Source: Alphaproteobacteria bacterium (lineage in GTDB: Bacteria > Pseudomonadota > Alphaproteobacteria > JBHICW01). From it: a DNA stretch of 39,215 nucleotides. The DNA lies in assembly GCA_046759785.1 (NCBI GenBank), contig JBHICW010000001.1:1-39215 (forward strand), given 5' to 3'. The translations under genes and the position numbers were made by a program. A model generated the notes under the pieces. The model did not search any database. It saw only the letters and a program-made list of their open reading frames with translations, and was not told the DNA's origin. This document shows, piece after piece, positions 10,401-19,473 of the stretch (its first letter is position 1; every line of letters begins with the position of its first letter).

Positions 10401-11827
10401 GCCGCCCCCCTCGCCTCGTCGGCCTCGCGGCCCGCCCCGCCCTGGCCGCCGCGCTCGGCGAGGGCCCTAACCAAGGCGTGAAAGGCGTCGCCACGGGCCT
10501 CGAAGCTGGCCCACTGATCTAACGAGGCGCAGGCGGGGGACAATAGGACCACCGGGTCGGCACCGCCCTCCGACCAAGCGGCGGCAGCCGCCGCCCCGAC
10601 GGCCGTGGCCAGGTCGCCGCACAGGGTGACGGGGACCCGACCCTTGAGCGTCTGGGCGAGGGACGTCGCCGCCTCGCCGATGAGGAACGCGTGGGCGATC
10701 CGCGGGTAGTACGGCTCGAGCGGGGCGATGCCCCCTTCCTTGAGCCGGCCGCCGCCGATCCAGTAGACGTTCCGGTAGCAGGCGAGAGCGCGCGCCGCGG
10801 CCGTCGCGTTGGTGGCCTTGCTGTCGTTGACGAAGCGCACCCCGCCGATCGTCGCCACCGGCTCCAGGCGGTGGGCGAGCCCAGGGAAGCTCCCGAGGGC
10901 CCGCCCAGCCGCCTCACCGGTAACGCCGAGGGCTCGCGCGGCGGCCACCGCCGCGGCGGCGTTCTGCCAGTTGTGCTGCCCGGGGAGGCCGGCGACGGCC
11001 CGGAGGTCGGCCACCGGTTCGGATCGGCCCTCGATGTCGTCGTAGACGAGGCCGTCGACCACGGACACGCCCCCCGAGAGGCGCCGGCCTACGGCGACGG
11101 ACACGAGACGCCGTCGACCCGCCCTGGCAAGCCCCTCGAAGATTCCTTGGGCATGCGGATCGTCGACGCCGATCACGGCGGCGCCCTGCGGCGCCTGGAG
11201 ATCGAAGATCCGCTGCTTGCTGGCCACGTAGTTCGCGAACCCCCCGTGACGGTCGAGATGGTCGGGCGCAAGGTTCAAGAGCACGGCGACATCGGCGCGG
11301 AAGGAGCGCACGAGGTCGAGCTGGAAGGACGACACTTCCAGGACGTAGACCCCGTCCCTTTCCAAGGGATCGAGATCGAGCACCGGGCTGCCCAGATTCC
11401 CGCCCACTCGGACCTCCATTCCTGCGACGGCGAGGAGATGCCCGAGCAGCGCCGTGGTCGTGGATTTACCGTTGGTCCCGGTGATCCCGACGCAGCGCGC
11501 CGCGGGCCGAGCGAGGGCAAAGAGCTCGAGGTCGCCGATCACCGGCACCCCGGCGTCGCGCGCCCGGCGGGCCACGGGATGGGGCTCGGGATGGGTTAGC
11601 GGCACGCCCGGGCTCAACACCAGGGCCGCCACCCCAGACCAGTCGCAGGCCATGACATCCTGGGCGGCAATTCGGTCCGCCCGCACCGCCTGGCGCGCTT
11701 TGGGGTCGTCGTCCCACGCCGCGACCTCGGCCCCGCCCGCGGCCAGCGCCCTGGCGGCCGAAAGCCCGGACCGACCCAGGCCGAAGACGACGACGCGCGA
11801 ACCTCGGAAGACGCCCACCGGGATCAT
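10397..11827 (-). CDS. murD: UDP-N-acetylmuramoylalanine--D-glutamate ligase MurD
   Basis: 476 aa. Sequence VVVFGLGRSGLSAARAL (Rossmann-like N-terminus) and P-loop GITGTNGKSTTTALLGHL support the call. Synteny is mraY-murD-ftsW. Confidence 0.94.
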   Translation of the reverse strand: MIPVGVFRGSRVVVFGLGRSGLSAARALAAGGAEVAAWDDDPKARQAVRADRIAAQDVMACDWSGVAALVLSPGVPLTHPEPHPVARRARDAGVPVIGDLELFALARPAARCVGITGTNGKSTTTALLGHLLAVAGMEVRVGGNLGSPVLDLDPLERDGVYVLEVSSFQLDLVRSFRADVAVLLNLAPDHLDRHGGFANYVASKQRIFDLQAPQGAAVIGVDDPHAQGIFEGLARAGRRRLVSVAVGRRLSGGVSVVDGLVYDDIEGRSEPVADLRAVAGLPGQHNWQNAAAAVAAARALGVTGEAAGRALGSFPGLAHRLEPVATIGGVRFVNDSKATNATAAARALACYRNVYWIGGGRLKEGGIAPLEPYYPRIAHAFLIGEAATSLAQTLKGRVPVTLCGDLATAVGAAAAAAWSEGGADPVVLLSPACASLDQWASFEARGDAFHALVRALAERGGQGGAGREADEARGAA

Positions 11828-11831
11828 GGCT

Positions 11832-12920
11832 TCACCGGATCTTCAAGGTCGAAAGCGCGAGAAGCGCCAGGACGAACGCGATAATCCAGAAGCGGATCAC
11901 GATCGTCGACTCCGCCCAGCCCTTCTGCTCGAAATGGTGATGGAGCGGGGCCATCCTGAAGATACGCCGTCCCGTGAGCTTGAACGAGGCGACCTGGACG
12001 ATCACCGAGGCCGTCTCCAGGACGAACAGCCCGCCCACGATGGTGAGGACCAGCTCGTGCTTCGTGACGACGCTGATCGCGCCGAGCGCCCCGCCGGTGG
12101 CGAGGCTCCCAGTGTCGCCCATGAACACCATCGCCGGAGGCGCGTTGAACCAAAGAAAGCCCAGGCTGGCTCCCACCAGGGCGCCGCACAGGACGGCCAG
12201 CTCCCCGGTGCCGGGCACGAGGGGGATCTGCAGGTAGGTGGCGAAAACCGTGTTGCCGACGAGGTAGGAAATGACCGCGAAGCAGCCGGCCGCGATCATG
12301 ATGGGGACGATGGCGAGGCCGTCGAGCCCGTCGGTGAGGTTGACCGCGTTCGACGCCCCGACCATCACGACGACGGCGAAGGGAACGAAGAACCACCCCA
12401 AGTCGACGAGCACCTCCTTGAGGAAGGGAATCGCGAGCGCCGAGGCGAGCGGCGCGCTCGTGAGGCTCATGATCCAGAGCGTGGCGGCCACGCCGATCGC
12501 CACCTCGACCCCCAGCTTGACCACGCCAGGCAGGCCGCGGCTGCTCTGCCGGACGACCTTGAGGTAGTCGTCGGTGAACCCCACGAGCCCGTACCCGAGG
12601 GCCACCAGAAGCACGGCCCAGACGTAGCCGTTGGTGACGTCCGCCCACAGCACGGTGCTGAGCGTGAGGGCAAGAAGAATGAGGAAGCCCCCCATCGTGG
12701 GGGTGCCGTGCTTGTTCAGCCGGTGCTGGGGCGGCCCCTCGCTACGAATCGGCTGGCCGCTAGCCTGCCTGCTGCGCAGCCAGCGGATGACGACCGGCCC
12801 GATGACGAAACACACGACGAGCGAGGTGAGGACCGCACCGCCCGTGCGGAACGTGAGGTAGCGGAACAGGCGGAGGCCCCCGATCTCGTCGGACAGCGGA
12901 TAGAGGAGGTTGAAGAGCAT
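11832..12920 (-). CDS. mraY: Phospho-N-acetylmuramoyl-pentapeptide transferase MraY
   Basis: 362 aa and polytopic. Sequence [25 protein letters not shown]..., ...KHGTPTMGG..., ...[13 protein letters not shown]..., ...[15 protein letters not shown]... support the call. Confidence 0.96.
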   Translation of the reverse strand: MLFNLLYPLSDEIGGLRLFRYLTFRTGGAVLTSLVVCFVIGPVVIRWLRSRQASGQPIRSEGPPQHRLNKHGTPTMGGFLILLALTLSTVLWADVTNGYVWAVLLVALGYGLVGFTDDYLKVVRQSSRGLPGVVKLGVEVAIGVAATLWIMSLTSAPLASALAIPFLKEVLVDLGWFFVPFAVVVMVGASNAVNLTDGLDGLAIVPIMIAAGCFAVISYLVGNTVFATYLQIPLVPGTGELAVLCGALVGASLGFLWFNAPPAMVFMGDTGSLATGGALGAISVVTKHELVLTIVGGLFVLETASVIVQVASFKLTGRRIFRMAPLHHHFEQKGWAESTIVIRFWIIAFVLALLALSTLKIR

Positions 12921-12950
12921 CGCCCGCGCCCCGTCCGTCGTCCCCTACCC

Positions 12951-14381
12951 TCACCCGCCGGAGGCGACGCGGCTGCCGGCCCCGGAGGCGAGACTCAGCA
13001 GAGCCTCGACCACGAGCTCCATGGCCATCGCCCGCGACCCCTTGACCAGCACCACGTCCCCCGACCGGACCGCCCCGACCACGTGCGGGACGAGGGACTC
13101 GGCCGTCTCCGCGTGGGCACCGCGCCGGGTCTCGTCCAAGACGACGCGGAGATGCTTCATCTGGACCCCGGCGGTGAAGGTGAGCTCTACGCCGGCTTCC
13201 GCAATGTGGTCCCCGAGGTCGGCGTGAAGCTGCGGCGCCTCCCGACCCATCTCCAGCATGTCGCCGAGCACGGCGATGCGGCGGCCGCCGGGGCCCACGG
13301 GCGTCGCCGCCAGGACCTCGAGGGCGGCCCGCATCGCGGCCGGGTTTCCGTTGTAGCTGTCGTCGATCAACTCGAAGGCGCCGTCGGCAAACGGCACTCG
13401 GTGCGTCTGGCCCCGCCCGGGAAGCGCCTCGAGGCGTTCCAGCGCCGCGGCGGCCTCGCTCACCTCGACGCCCAGCGCCTTGACGACCGCCAGGACGCCC
13501 AAGCTGTTCATCACCCAGTGCCGGCCACGGAGGCGGAGCGTGTAGGCCACGCGCTGGCCCTCGATCTCGGCGACGACCCGGCTGCCTTCGGCCCCGAGAC
13601 TGGCGTCCAAGAGCCTAGACGCGGCCGAAGGGTGAACCCCGAAGCCGAGAATTCGTGTGAGACCGCGCCGGCGGGCCGCCGACACGAGGCGCGGGTAGAA
13701 GGCGTTATCGCGATTGAGCACCGCGGCCCCGTCCGGGTCCATGGCCTCGAAGACCTCCGCCTTGGCATCAGCGATGGCGGCCACCGTATCGAAGAACACC
13801 AGGTGCACGGCCTCCACCGCGGTGATGAGGGCGAGGTGCGGGCGAACGAGCCCGGAAAGCTTTCCGATCTCACCCGCCCGATTCATGCCGAGCTCGAGCA
13901 CCGCAAAGCGCGCGTTTGCCGGAAGGCGGGCGAGGCTCAGCGGCACGCCCCAGTGGTTGTTGAGGCTCCTGAGGCTGGCGACCGTCAACCCGTGAGGCGC
14001 GAGCGCGCACTTCAGTGCCTCCTTGGTGCCGGTCTTTCCCACGCTGCCCGTGACCGCCACCACGCGCGCCCGGGTGCGGGCGCGCCCGGCGCGGCCCAGG
14101 GCGGTGAGGGCATCCAAGGCGTCGTCGACCAAGAGAAGCGGAGCGTCGGCCGCCACACCCGTCGGCCGGCGGGCGACAAGGGCCGCCGGCGCACCGCGCC
14201 TGAGCGCCTCGCCCACGTAGTCGTGGCCGTCGAAGCGTGGCCCCTTGAGCGCAACGAAGAACTCGCCGGGCTCGAGAGTCCGACTGTCGATCGATACGCC
14301 GAGCGCGTGCCAGTTCCTGAGCCCTTTGCCGCCGGTGGCCGCCGCCACCTCCTCGCCGGTCCAGAGCGGCCGTGCCGTCAC
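12951..14381 (-). CDS. murF: UDP-N-acetylmuramoyl-tripeptide--D-alanyl-D-alanine ligase MurF
   Basis: Lies in ORF 12951..14576. Start trimmed to GTG 14381 (GTGA overlap with the murE stop). Sequence (V)TARPLWTGEEVAAATGG..., SIDSRTLEPGEFFVALKG and P-loop VTGSVGKTGTKEAL support the call. Confidence 0.91.
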   Translation of the reverse strand: MTARPLWTGEEVAAATGGKGLRNWHALGVSIDSRTLEPGEFFVALKGPRFDGHDYVGEALRRGAPAALVARRPTGVAADAPLLLVDDALDALTALGRAGRARTRARVVAVTGSVGKTGTKEALKCALAPHGLTVASLRSLNNHWGVPLSLARLPANARFAVLELGMNRAGEIGKLSGLVRPHLALITAVEAVHLVFFDTVAAIADAKAEVFEAMDPDGAAVLNRDNAFYPRLVSAARRRGLTRILGFGVHPSAASRLLDASLGAEGSRVVAEIEGQRVAYTLRLRGRHWVMNSLGVLAVVKALGVEVSEAAAALERLEALPGRGQTHRVPFADGAFELIDDSYNGNPAAMRAALEVLAATPVGPGGRRIAVLGDMLEMGREAPQLHADLGDHIAEAGVELTFTAGVQMKHLRVVLDETRRGAHAETAESLVPHVVGAVRSGDVVLVKGSRAMAMELVVEALLSLASGAGSRVASGG

Positions 14382-15853
14382 GGCTGCGCCTCCTCGAGCG
14401 CCGCCACGGCCGCGCGCGCCACCGCGGCGTCGTCCAACGGAACGACCCGATCGGCGAACACTTGGCCTTGCTCGTGACCTTTGCCTGCGACGATCAGGAC
14501 GTCCCCCTCGGAGAGCTCGGACACCGCCGCTCGGATCGCCGCCGCCCTGTCGCCGATCTCGATCGCCTGAGGGCACGCGGCCAGGATCTCGCCGCGGATC
14601 CGTGTGGGGTCCTCGCCGCGCGGGTTGTCGTCGGTCACGATCACGCGGTCCGCAAGCGTCGCCGCGATCTCGCCCATGATCGGCCGCTTGAGCCTGTCGC
14701 GGTCGCCGCCGCAGCCGAAGACGACAAAGAGCCGGCGCTCCGTCACCGGCCGTACGGCCTTCAGCACGCTGGCCAACGCGTCCGGCGTGTGGGCGTAGTC
14801 GACATAGATCGGACCACCGGAGGGATGGCGCGCCACCTCCTCAAGCCGGCCGGGAGCGCAAGAGAGGGACGAAAGGGCGCGCACGGCGCGGTCCGATGAG
14901 TCGCCGGAGGCGAGCACCAGACCCAGGGCACACAGCACGTTGCTCGCCTGGAACCTGCCGGCAAGAGGGACCGTCACCCGGTGCGGCGCGCCTGAGAGCT
15001 CGAACGCGATCTCGAGGCCCTTGGCCGACACCCCCACGCCTTTGAGCCGGAGGTCGCGTCCGACCGTCCCGAAGCTTAAGACCCGGTGGCCGCGGGCCCG
15101 GCAAAGGGTCGCGAGCTTCCCGTACGCGGGCGAATCGGCGTTCAGCACCGCCGGGCCGCCGGGCGCCATCACTTCGCCGAACAGGCGAAACTTCGCGGCC
15201 TCGTACGCCTCGGCCGAGGAGTGATAGTCCAGGTGGTCCTGGCTCAAGTTGGTAAAGGCGGCGGCGGTCACCCGGACCGCGTCGAGTCGGTGCTGGTCGA
15301 GCCCGTGGCTCGAGGCCTCGACAGCCAAACGGTCGACCCCACGGGCGGCCAGGTCGGACAGTAGCCGATGAAGCGTCACTGGGTCGGGCGTGGTGTTGGG
15401 CAGCGAGCACGCCGAGGAGTCCGCCACGACGCCCAGGGTGCCGAGCGAGGCGGCGCACCGTCCCATCGACGACCAGATCCGCCGTAGGAACCAGGCCACC
15501 GATGTCTTCCCGTTGGTCCCGGTCACGGCCGCGATGACGTCCGGCTGGGTCGGGTAGAAGCGCGCCGCGATCTGGGCGAGGCGGCGGCGGGGCTTGGCGT
15601 CGACGACGAGCTGCACCCGCTCGCGCGGCACCGCATCCGCCGCCTCGGGCGGGGCGAGCACGGCCACCGCCCCGCGCGCGATCGCATCGCCGATGAAGTC
15701 CTTGCCGTCCGCCCGGTTCCCCTTGAGGGCGGCGAACAGGAAGCCGGCCCCCACGGCCCGCGAGTCGGCCGCAAGCCCGCGGATCTCGATGGCCTCGGGC
15801 GGGACGCCGCGGCCCAAGGCCTGGTGGCCGTTGATGAGCTCAGAAAGACGCAA
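14378..15853 (-). CDS. murE: UDP-N-acetylmuramoyl-L-alanyl-D-glutamate--2,6-diaminopimelate ligase MurE
   Basis: 491 aa. Sequence IRGLAADSRAVGAGFLFAALKG, P-loop VTGTNGKTSVAWFL and the DAP-type DNPR motif (VTDDNPRGEDP) support the call. TTG start at 15853 overlaps the ftsI end by 14 nt. Confidence 0.93.
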   Translation of the reverse strand: MRLSELINGHQALGRGVPPEAIEIRGLAADSRAVGAGFLFAALKGNRADGKDFIGDAIARGAVAVLAPPEAADAVPRERVQLVVDAKPRRRLAQIAARFYPTQPDVIAAVTGTNGKTSVAWFLRRIWSSMGRCAASLGTLGVVADSSACSLPNTTPDPVTLHRLLSDLAARGVDRLAVEASSHGLDQHRLDAVRVTAAAFTNLSQDHLDYHSSAEAYEAAKFRLFGEVMAPGGPAVLNADSPAYGKLATLCRARGHRVLSFGTVGRDLRLKGVGVSAKGLEIAFELSGAPHRVTVPLAGRFQASNVLCALGLVLASGDSSDRAVRALSSLSCAPGRLEEVARHPSGGPIYVDYAHTPDALASVLKAVRPVTERRLFVVFGCGGDRDRLKRPIMGEIAATLADRVIVTDDNPRGEDPTRIRGEILAACPQAIEIGDRAAAIRAAVSELSEGDVLIVAGKGHEQGQVFADRVVPLDDAAVARAAVAALEEAQP

Positions 15854-17588
15854 ACCTCAACTCCTCACCGACACCTTCGGGCGACAGCGGCGGACGCACG
15901 GGGTCCGAGTCATCGTCCAGCGGCCGGATCCCAGCCAGCGGCCCAAGACGCGCGATGATCCGACCCGCCGTTGGAGCTGCGGTCCAGCCGCCTGTCGCGT
16001 AGCCGAAGGTCTCCGGCGTGCCCTTCGGCTCGTCGAGCATTGCCAGGACCACGTAACGCGGCGCATGAATCGGGAAAGCCGCCGCGAAGGAGGAAAGGAG
16101 CGCCCGGCGGCGGTAGCCCCCCGGACCCGCCTTCTCCCCCGTCCCCGTCTTGCCGCCGACCAGGTAACCGGCGGCCGCCGCCTTCCTCCCCGTGCCGTGG
16201 GTCACGACCAAGCGTAGCAGCTGTCGCATCCAGGCGGAGGTCTTGGGGCTGATCACCCGCCGGCCGGCGGGCGGCGGGCGATTCTCGCGCGCGAGAAGCG
16301 TCGGCGGCCGCATGATTCCCCCGTTGACGATCGCCGCGAAGGCGGCGGCCAGCTGCACCGGGCTCACCGCCAGGCCATGGCCGAAGCCGATGGTCATGGT
16401 GTTGATCTCCCGCCAAGGGAAGGGAACGATCGGCGAGGCCACCTCCAGGAGTTCCAAAGCGCTTGGTTGCAACAACCCGAGCTTGCCAAGGAACGCGCGC
16501 TGCCGGTCGGTGCCCACGTCGAGCGCCATCTTAGCGGCGCCGATATTCGACGAATAGACGAAGATCTCCGGCACCGTGAGCCAGCGCTTCTTCGGGTGGA
16601 AGTCGCGGATGAGATAGCGCTGGACGCGAATGGGCCGGGTGGCATCATAGCCGTCCGTGAGGCGCACCACGCCTGAATCAAGGGCTATCGCGGTCGTGAA
16701 CACCTTGAACACGGAGCCCATCTCGTACACGCCGAGGCTAGCGCGGTTAAAGCGCGCCTCCGGCTCGTTGGGCGGCCGGTGCGGGTCGAAATCGGGCAGC
16801 GAGACCATCGCAAGGACCTCTCCGGAACGGGCGTCGAGCACCACCCCGGCGGCGCCCACCGCCTGGAATTCGGCCATGCTGCGCGCGAGCTCCTCGCGCA
16901 GCACCTGCTGGAACCGCATGTCGATCGCGAGGGCGAGTGGCCCGACGGCCGCCTGCCGCAGCTCGGCCTCGAAGGTCCTCTCCATCCCCGCGAGCCCGTG
17001 CCCGTCGATGTCCGTGAACCCCACCACGTGGGCCACGAGGCGACCCTGGGGATAGACCCGCCGCACCGCACGCTGGAAATACAGGCCCGGGACGCCCAGT
17101 CGGTTCACGGCGAACTGCTGCCGGGGCGTCAGGTTCCGCTTGATCCAGACGAACGCCCGGTCGGACCTCAGCCTCTTGAGGAGCGTTCCCCGGTCGAGAT
17201 CGGGAAGCAGCTCCAAGAGCTTGGCCGCCGCCGCATCAGGGTCCAGGACCTTGCGCGGGTCGGCGTAGAGCGACGCCGTGGGAAGGCTGGTGGCGAGGAG
17301 CACGCCGTTCCGGTCGACGATGTCGTTCCGCTCGATGGCCGGCGCCTCAGCCCCGCGCGCGAGCCGAGGTTCGGCGCCGTCGCCGAGGACCGTGACCGCG
17401 ATCAGGCGCGCCCCGACGACGAGGAAGGCCAAGGCAAAGAGGACCCCGGCGACGAGCAGCCGGTTACGGCCGGTCTCGATCCCCTCAAGCCCCGCCCCCT
17501 CGAGCCTGGGCCGCGTTCCCCGGACCCTCGGCGCGGAATTCGCCGCCCCGAGGCGGCCATTTCGTTCGCAGGTCGCTCGGTCGCTCAT
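15840..17588 (-). CDS. ftsI: Peptidoglycan D,D-transpeptidase FtsI (PBP3)
   Basis: Lies in ORF 15840..17744. Start trimmed to ATG 17588 (ATGA overlap with the ftsL stop). It has an N-terminal TM (LLVAGVLFALAFLVVGARLIAV). Transpeptidase motifs are SVFK (SxxK), SSN and KTGT. Confidence 0.93.
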   Translation of the reverse strand: MSDRATCERNGRLGAANSAPRVRGTRPRLEGAGLEGIETGRNRLLVAGVLFALAFLVVGARLIAVTVLGDGAEPRLARGAEAPAIERNDIVDRNGVLLATSLPTASLYADPRKVLDPDAAAAKLLELLPDLDRGTLLKRLRSDRAFVWIKRNLTPRQQFAVNRLGVPGLYFQRAVRRVYPQGRLVAHVVGFTDIDGHGLAGMERTFEAELRQAAVGPLALAIDMRFQQVLREELARSMAEFQAVGAAGVVLDARSGEVLAMVSLPDFDPHRPPNEPEARFNRASLGVYEMGSVFKVFTTAIALDSGVVRLTDGYDATRPIRVQRYLIRDFHPKKRWLTVPEIFVYSSNIGAAKMALDVGTDRQRAFLGKLGLLQPSALELLEVASPIVPFPWREINTMTIGFGHGLAVSPVQLAAAFAAIVNGGIMRPPTLLARENRPPPAGRRVISPKTSAWMRQLLRLVVTHGTGRKAAAAGYLVGGKTGTGEKAGPGGYRRRALLSSFAAAFPIHAPRYVVLAMLDEPKGTPETFGYATGGWTAAPTAGRIIARLGPLAGIRPLDDDSDPVRPPLSPEGVGEELRFASF

Positions 17589-17905
17589 TGAGCCTCTCCG
17601 CGCCGTGCCAGCACGGCCTTCGACAGCGCCGGCGCCAAGGGCAGGGCGTCGAGCGTCGCGATCTGTGCGCCCGTCACGGGCTCTAGGTCGAGGTGGCGGA
17701 TCGCAAGGTCCTTGAGCCGGTCGGGGCGGTTGAGGTAGCTCCACTCCGCCCTGAGGACGTGGATCGTCCCCTGGCTCTTGAGCAGGTCGCGATCGAGCGC
17801 GGCGAGCTCGTCCTCAAGGCGTTGGACCTCGTACTTGAGTTCGAACAGGGCGACCGCCATCGTCCCGACGAGCCCGATCCAGAGGGCCGAGGAGCGCCGG
17901 ATCAT
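17585..17905 (-). CDS. ftsL: Cell division protein FtsL (alphaproteobacterial type)
   Basis: 106 aa. It has a single TM (ALWIGLVGTMAVALF) followed by a coiled-coil-like segment (KYEVQRLEDELAALDRDLL). It sits between rsmH and ftsI, coupled by ATGA overlaps on both sides. Confidence 0.78.
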   Translation of the reverse strand: MIRRSSALWIGLVGTMAVALFELKYEVQRLEDELAALDRDLLKSQGTIHVLRAEWSYLNRPDRLKDLAIRHLDLEPVTGAQIATLDALPLAPALSKAVLARRGEAQ

Positions 17906-18873
17906 GCCGCCTCCTCCCGAGGCGGCGCCTCGACCCTTTCCGCCGCGCGCATCCGCGCCGACCGGGCGCGCGGGTTCGCCGCCACCTCCTCGTCCCTGGG
18001 CTTGAGCGCGCCGCGGAACCGCAGGCGGAACGTGGGCGGGGGCGGGGCCTCCGGGCCGGGCGGGGCATGGCGGTGCGGCCGTGGTGCCCGACCGCAGCGC
18101 TCGTCGAGAAAGCGCTTTACCGTCCGGTCCTCAAGGGAGTGAAACGAGACCACGACAAGGCGAGCGCCGCCCTTGAGCAGCCTCTCGGCGGCCTTAAGGC
18201 CGCGCTCGAGCTCGTCCAGCTCATCGTTGACGTAGATTCGAAGGGCCTGAAAGGTGCGGGTCGCCGGGTCGATGCCGTTGGCGCCCCGCCGCACTACGCC
18301 GCGGACGATCTCGGCGAGCTCAAGGGTCCGCGTGATCGGGGCGCGCTTGCGCGCCGCGACGATGGCACGAGCCACCCGGCGGGCCAGGCGCTCCTCCCCG
18401 AAGTCGCGAAGGATCCTGGCGATAAGGCCCTCATCGGCCTTGTTGACCACGTCGGCGGCGGTGGGCCCGGCCCGCTCCATGCGCATGTCGAGCGGCCCGT
18501 CGCGCCGGAACGAGAAGCCACGGGCCGGGTCCTCGAGCTGAAGCGACGAGGCGCCGAGATCAAGCGCAACCCCGTCCACGTCGCTCACCCCGCGGGCGCC
18601 GAGCAGGACATCCATCTCACCGAACCGCCCCGGAATGAGGGTGAGCCTGCCGGGAAACGCGCGCCCGAGACCCTCGCCCCGGGTCACGGCCTCCGGGTCG
18701 CGGTCGATCCCCCATACGAGGCAATCCGCGGCCTCGAGCAGCGCGCGGCTGTAGCCGCCGGCGCCGAACGTCCCGTCCACGTAGATCCCGCCCTCGCGGG
18801 GCACGAGCGATGCCATCACCTCGGGCAGCATCACCGGGCGGTGCCCGCCGGGCGCGACCTCACCCGAACTCAC
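17902..18873 (-). CDS. rsmH: 16S rRNA (cytosine1402-N4)-methyltransferase RsmH (MraW)
   Basis: 323 aa. Sequence HRPVMLPEVMASL.P..GGIYVDGTFGAGGYSRALLEA (SAM-binding), ..GVALDLGASSLQLEDP.RGFSF.. and ..VVSFHSLEDR.VK.F support the call. GTG start at 18873 is in GTGA overlap with the mraZ stop. Confidence 0.94.
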   Translation of the reverse strand: MSSGEVAPGGHRPVMLPEVMASLVPREGGIYVDGTFGAGGYSRALLEAADCLVWGIDRDPEAVTRGEGLGRAFPGRLTLIPGRFGEMDVLLGARGVSDVDGVALDLGASSLQLEDPARGFSFRRDGPLDMRMERAGPTAADVVNKADEGLIARILRDFGEERLARRVARAIVAARKRAPITRTLELAEIVRGVVRRGANGIDPATRTFQALRIYVNDELDELERGLKAAERLLKGGARLVVVSFHSLEDRTVKRFLDERCGRAPRPHRHAPPGPEAPPPPTFRLRFRGALKPRDEEVAANPRARSARMRAAERVEAPPREEAA

Positions 18874-19346
18874 CGCTCATCTCCCCCACCCTGGCCGGCC
18901 AGCCGAAGGTCGGAACGGCCCGCCAGGGCCTGCCGCCGGGCCTCCTCCTGGTAAGCGCGCAACGCCTCGGGCTGCCAAATCTGGAAGGTCTTGCCCTTGC
19001 CGACGAACGCGGCGCGGTCGGTGATGCCGGCGTAGGTGAGAAGGTGGTCGGGCAGGATGATCCGCCCTTCGCTATCGAACGGAAGCGGTACCGCCTCGCC
19101 AAAGATCGCGCTCGCGAAATGGTCGTGACCGTCAGAGAAGGGATTGAGCGTGTCGATGCTGCGGCTCAAGCGCTCCATATGGTCCATGCCGCAGGCTTCG
19201 ATCGCTTTGTAGCGGTCGTTGAAGGCACAGAACGCGATGACTCCGGGAAAGTTCTGGACCGCGAGGACCGCGCGGAAGGCCGCGGGAACGGAGGCCCGCC
19301 CCTTCCTGTCGATCTTGTTGACGTAGGTGGACAGGAACAATGCCAC
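18870..19346 (-). CDS. mraZ: Transcriptional regulator MraZ
   Basis: Lies in ORF 18870..19454. Start trimmed to GTG 19346 so that the product begins (V)ALFLSTYVNKIDRKGRASVPAAFR. This is the typical MraZ N-terminus with the first DxxxR-type SpoVT/AbrB-like repeat. The second repeat is around FDSEGRIILPDHLL. Length 158 aa. It is the first gene of the dcw cluster. Confidence 0.9.
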   Translation of the reverse strand: MALFLSTYVNKIDRKGRASVPAAFRAVLAVQNFPGVIAFCAFNDRYKAIEACGMDHMERLSRSIDTLNPFSDGHDHFASAIFGEAVPLPFDSEGRIILPDHLLTYAGITDRAAFVGKGKTFQIWQPEALRAYQEEARRQALAGRSDLRLAGQGGGDER

Positions 19347-19433
19347 CCTGCGTCCCCCGCCCCCATAGGTGTTGAGCCCCGGCGCCTCCCCGCGCCGCGC
19401 CCGAGCGGGGCGCGCCGTGGCGGGCAAACAGTT

Positions 19434-19468
19434 TGGGACGAAGTGGGATAGCATGGGATCTCATGGGC
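19434..19468 (+). promoter_or_regulatory. Four phased TGGGN direct repeats (MraZ-box-like operator array)
   Basis: TGGGA occurs at 19434, 19444 and 19454, and TGGGC at 19464. The spacing is exactly 10 bp. The array lies 88-122 nt upstream of the mraZ start codon. Confidence 0.55.
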
Positions 19469-19473
19469 GTCAA
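19445..19473 (-). promoter_or_regulatory. Candidate sigma70-type promoter of mraZ/dcw operon
   Basis: The minus strand reads TTGACG (19473-19468), a 17-nt spacer, then TATCCC (19450-19445). The -10 is weak. The call rests only on sequence resemblance and position. Confidence 0.3.

Noticed and set aside
11454-14477. Striking 1007-aa plus-strand ORF spanning 3 kb
   Set aside because: It lies entirely antisense to murD, mraY and murF, all of which have unmistakable family motifs. Its translation is Arg/Gly/Asp/His/Pro-rich low-complexity sequence with no recognisable motif. It is a typical stop-codon-poor shadow frame in very high-GC DNA.
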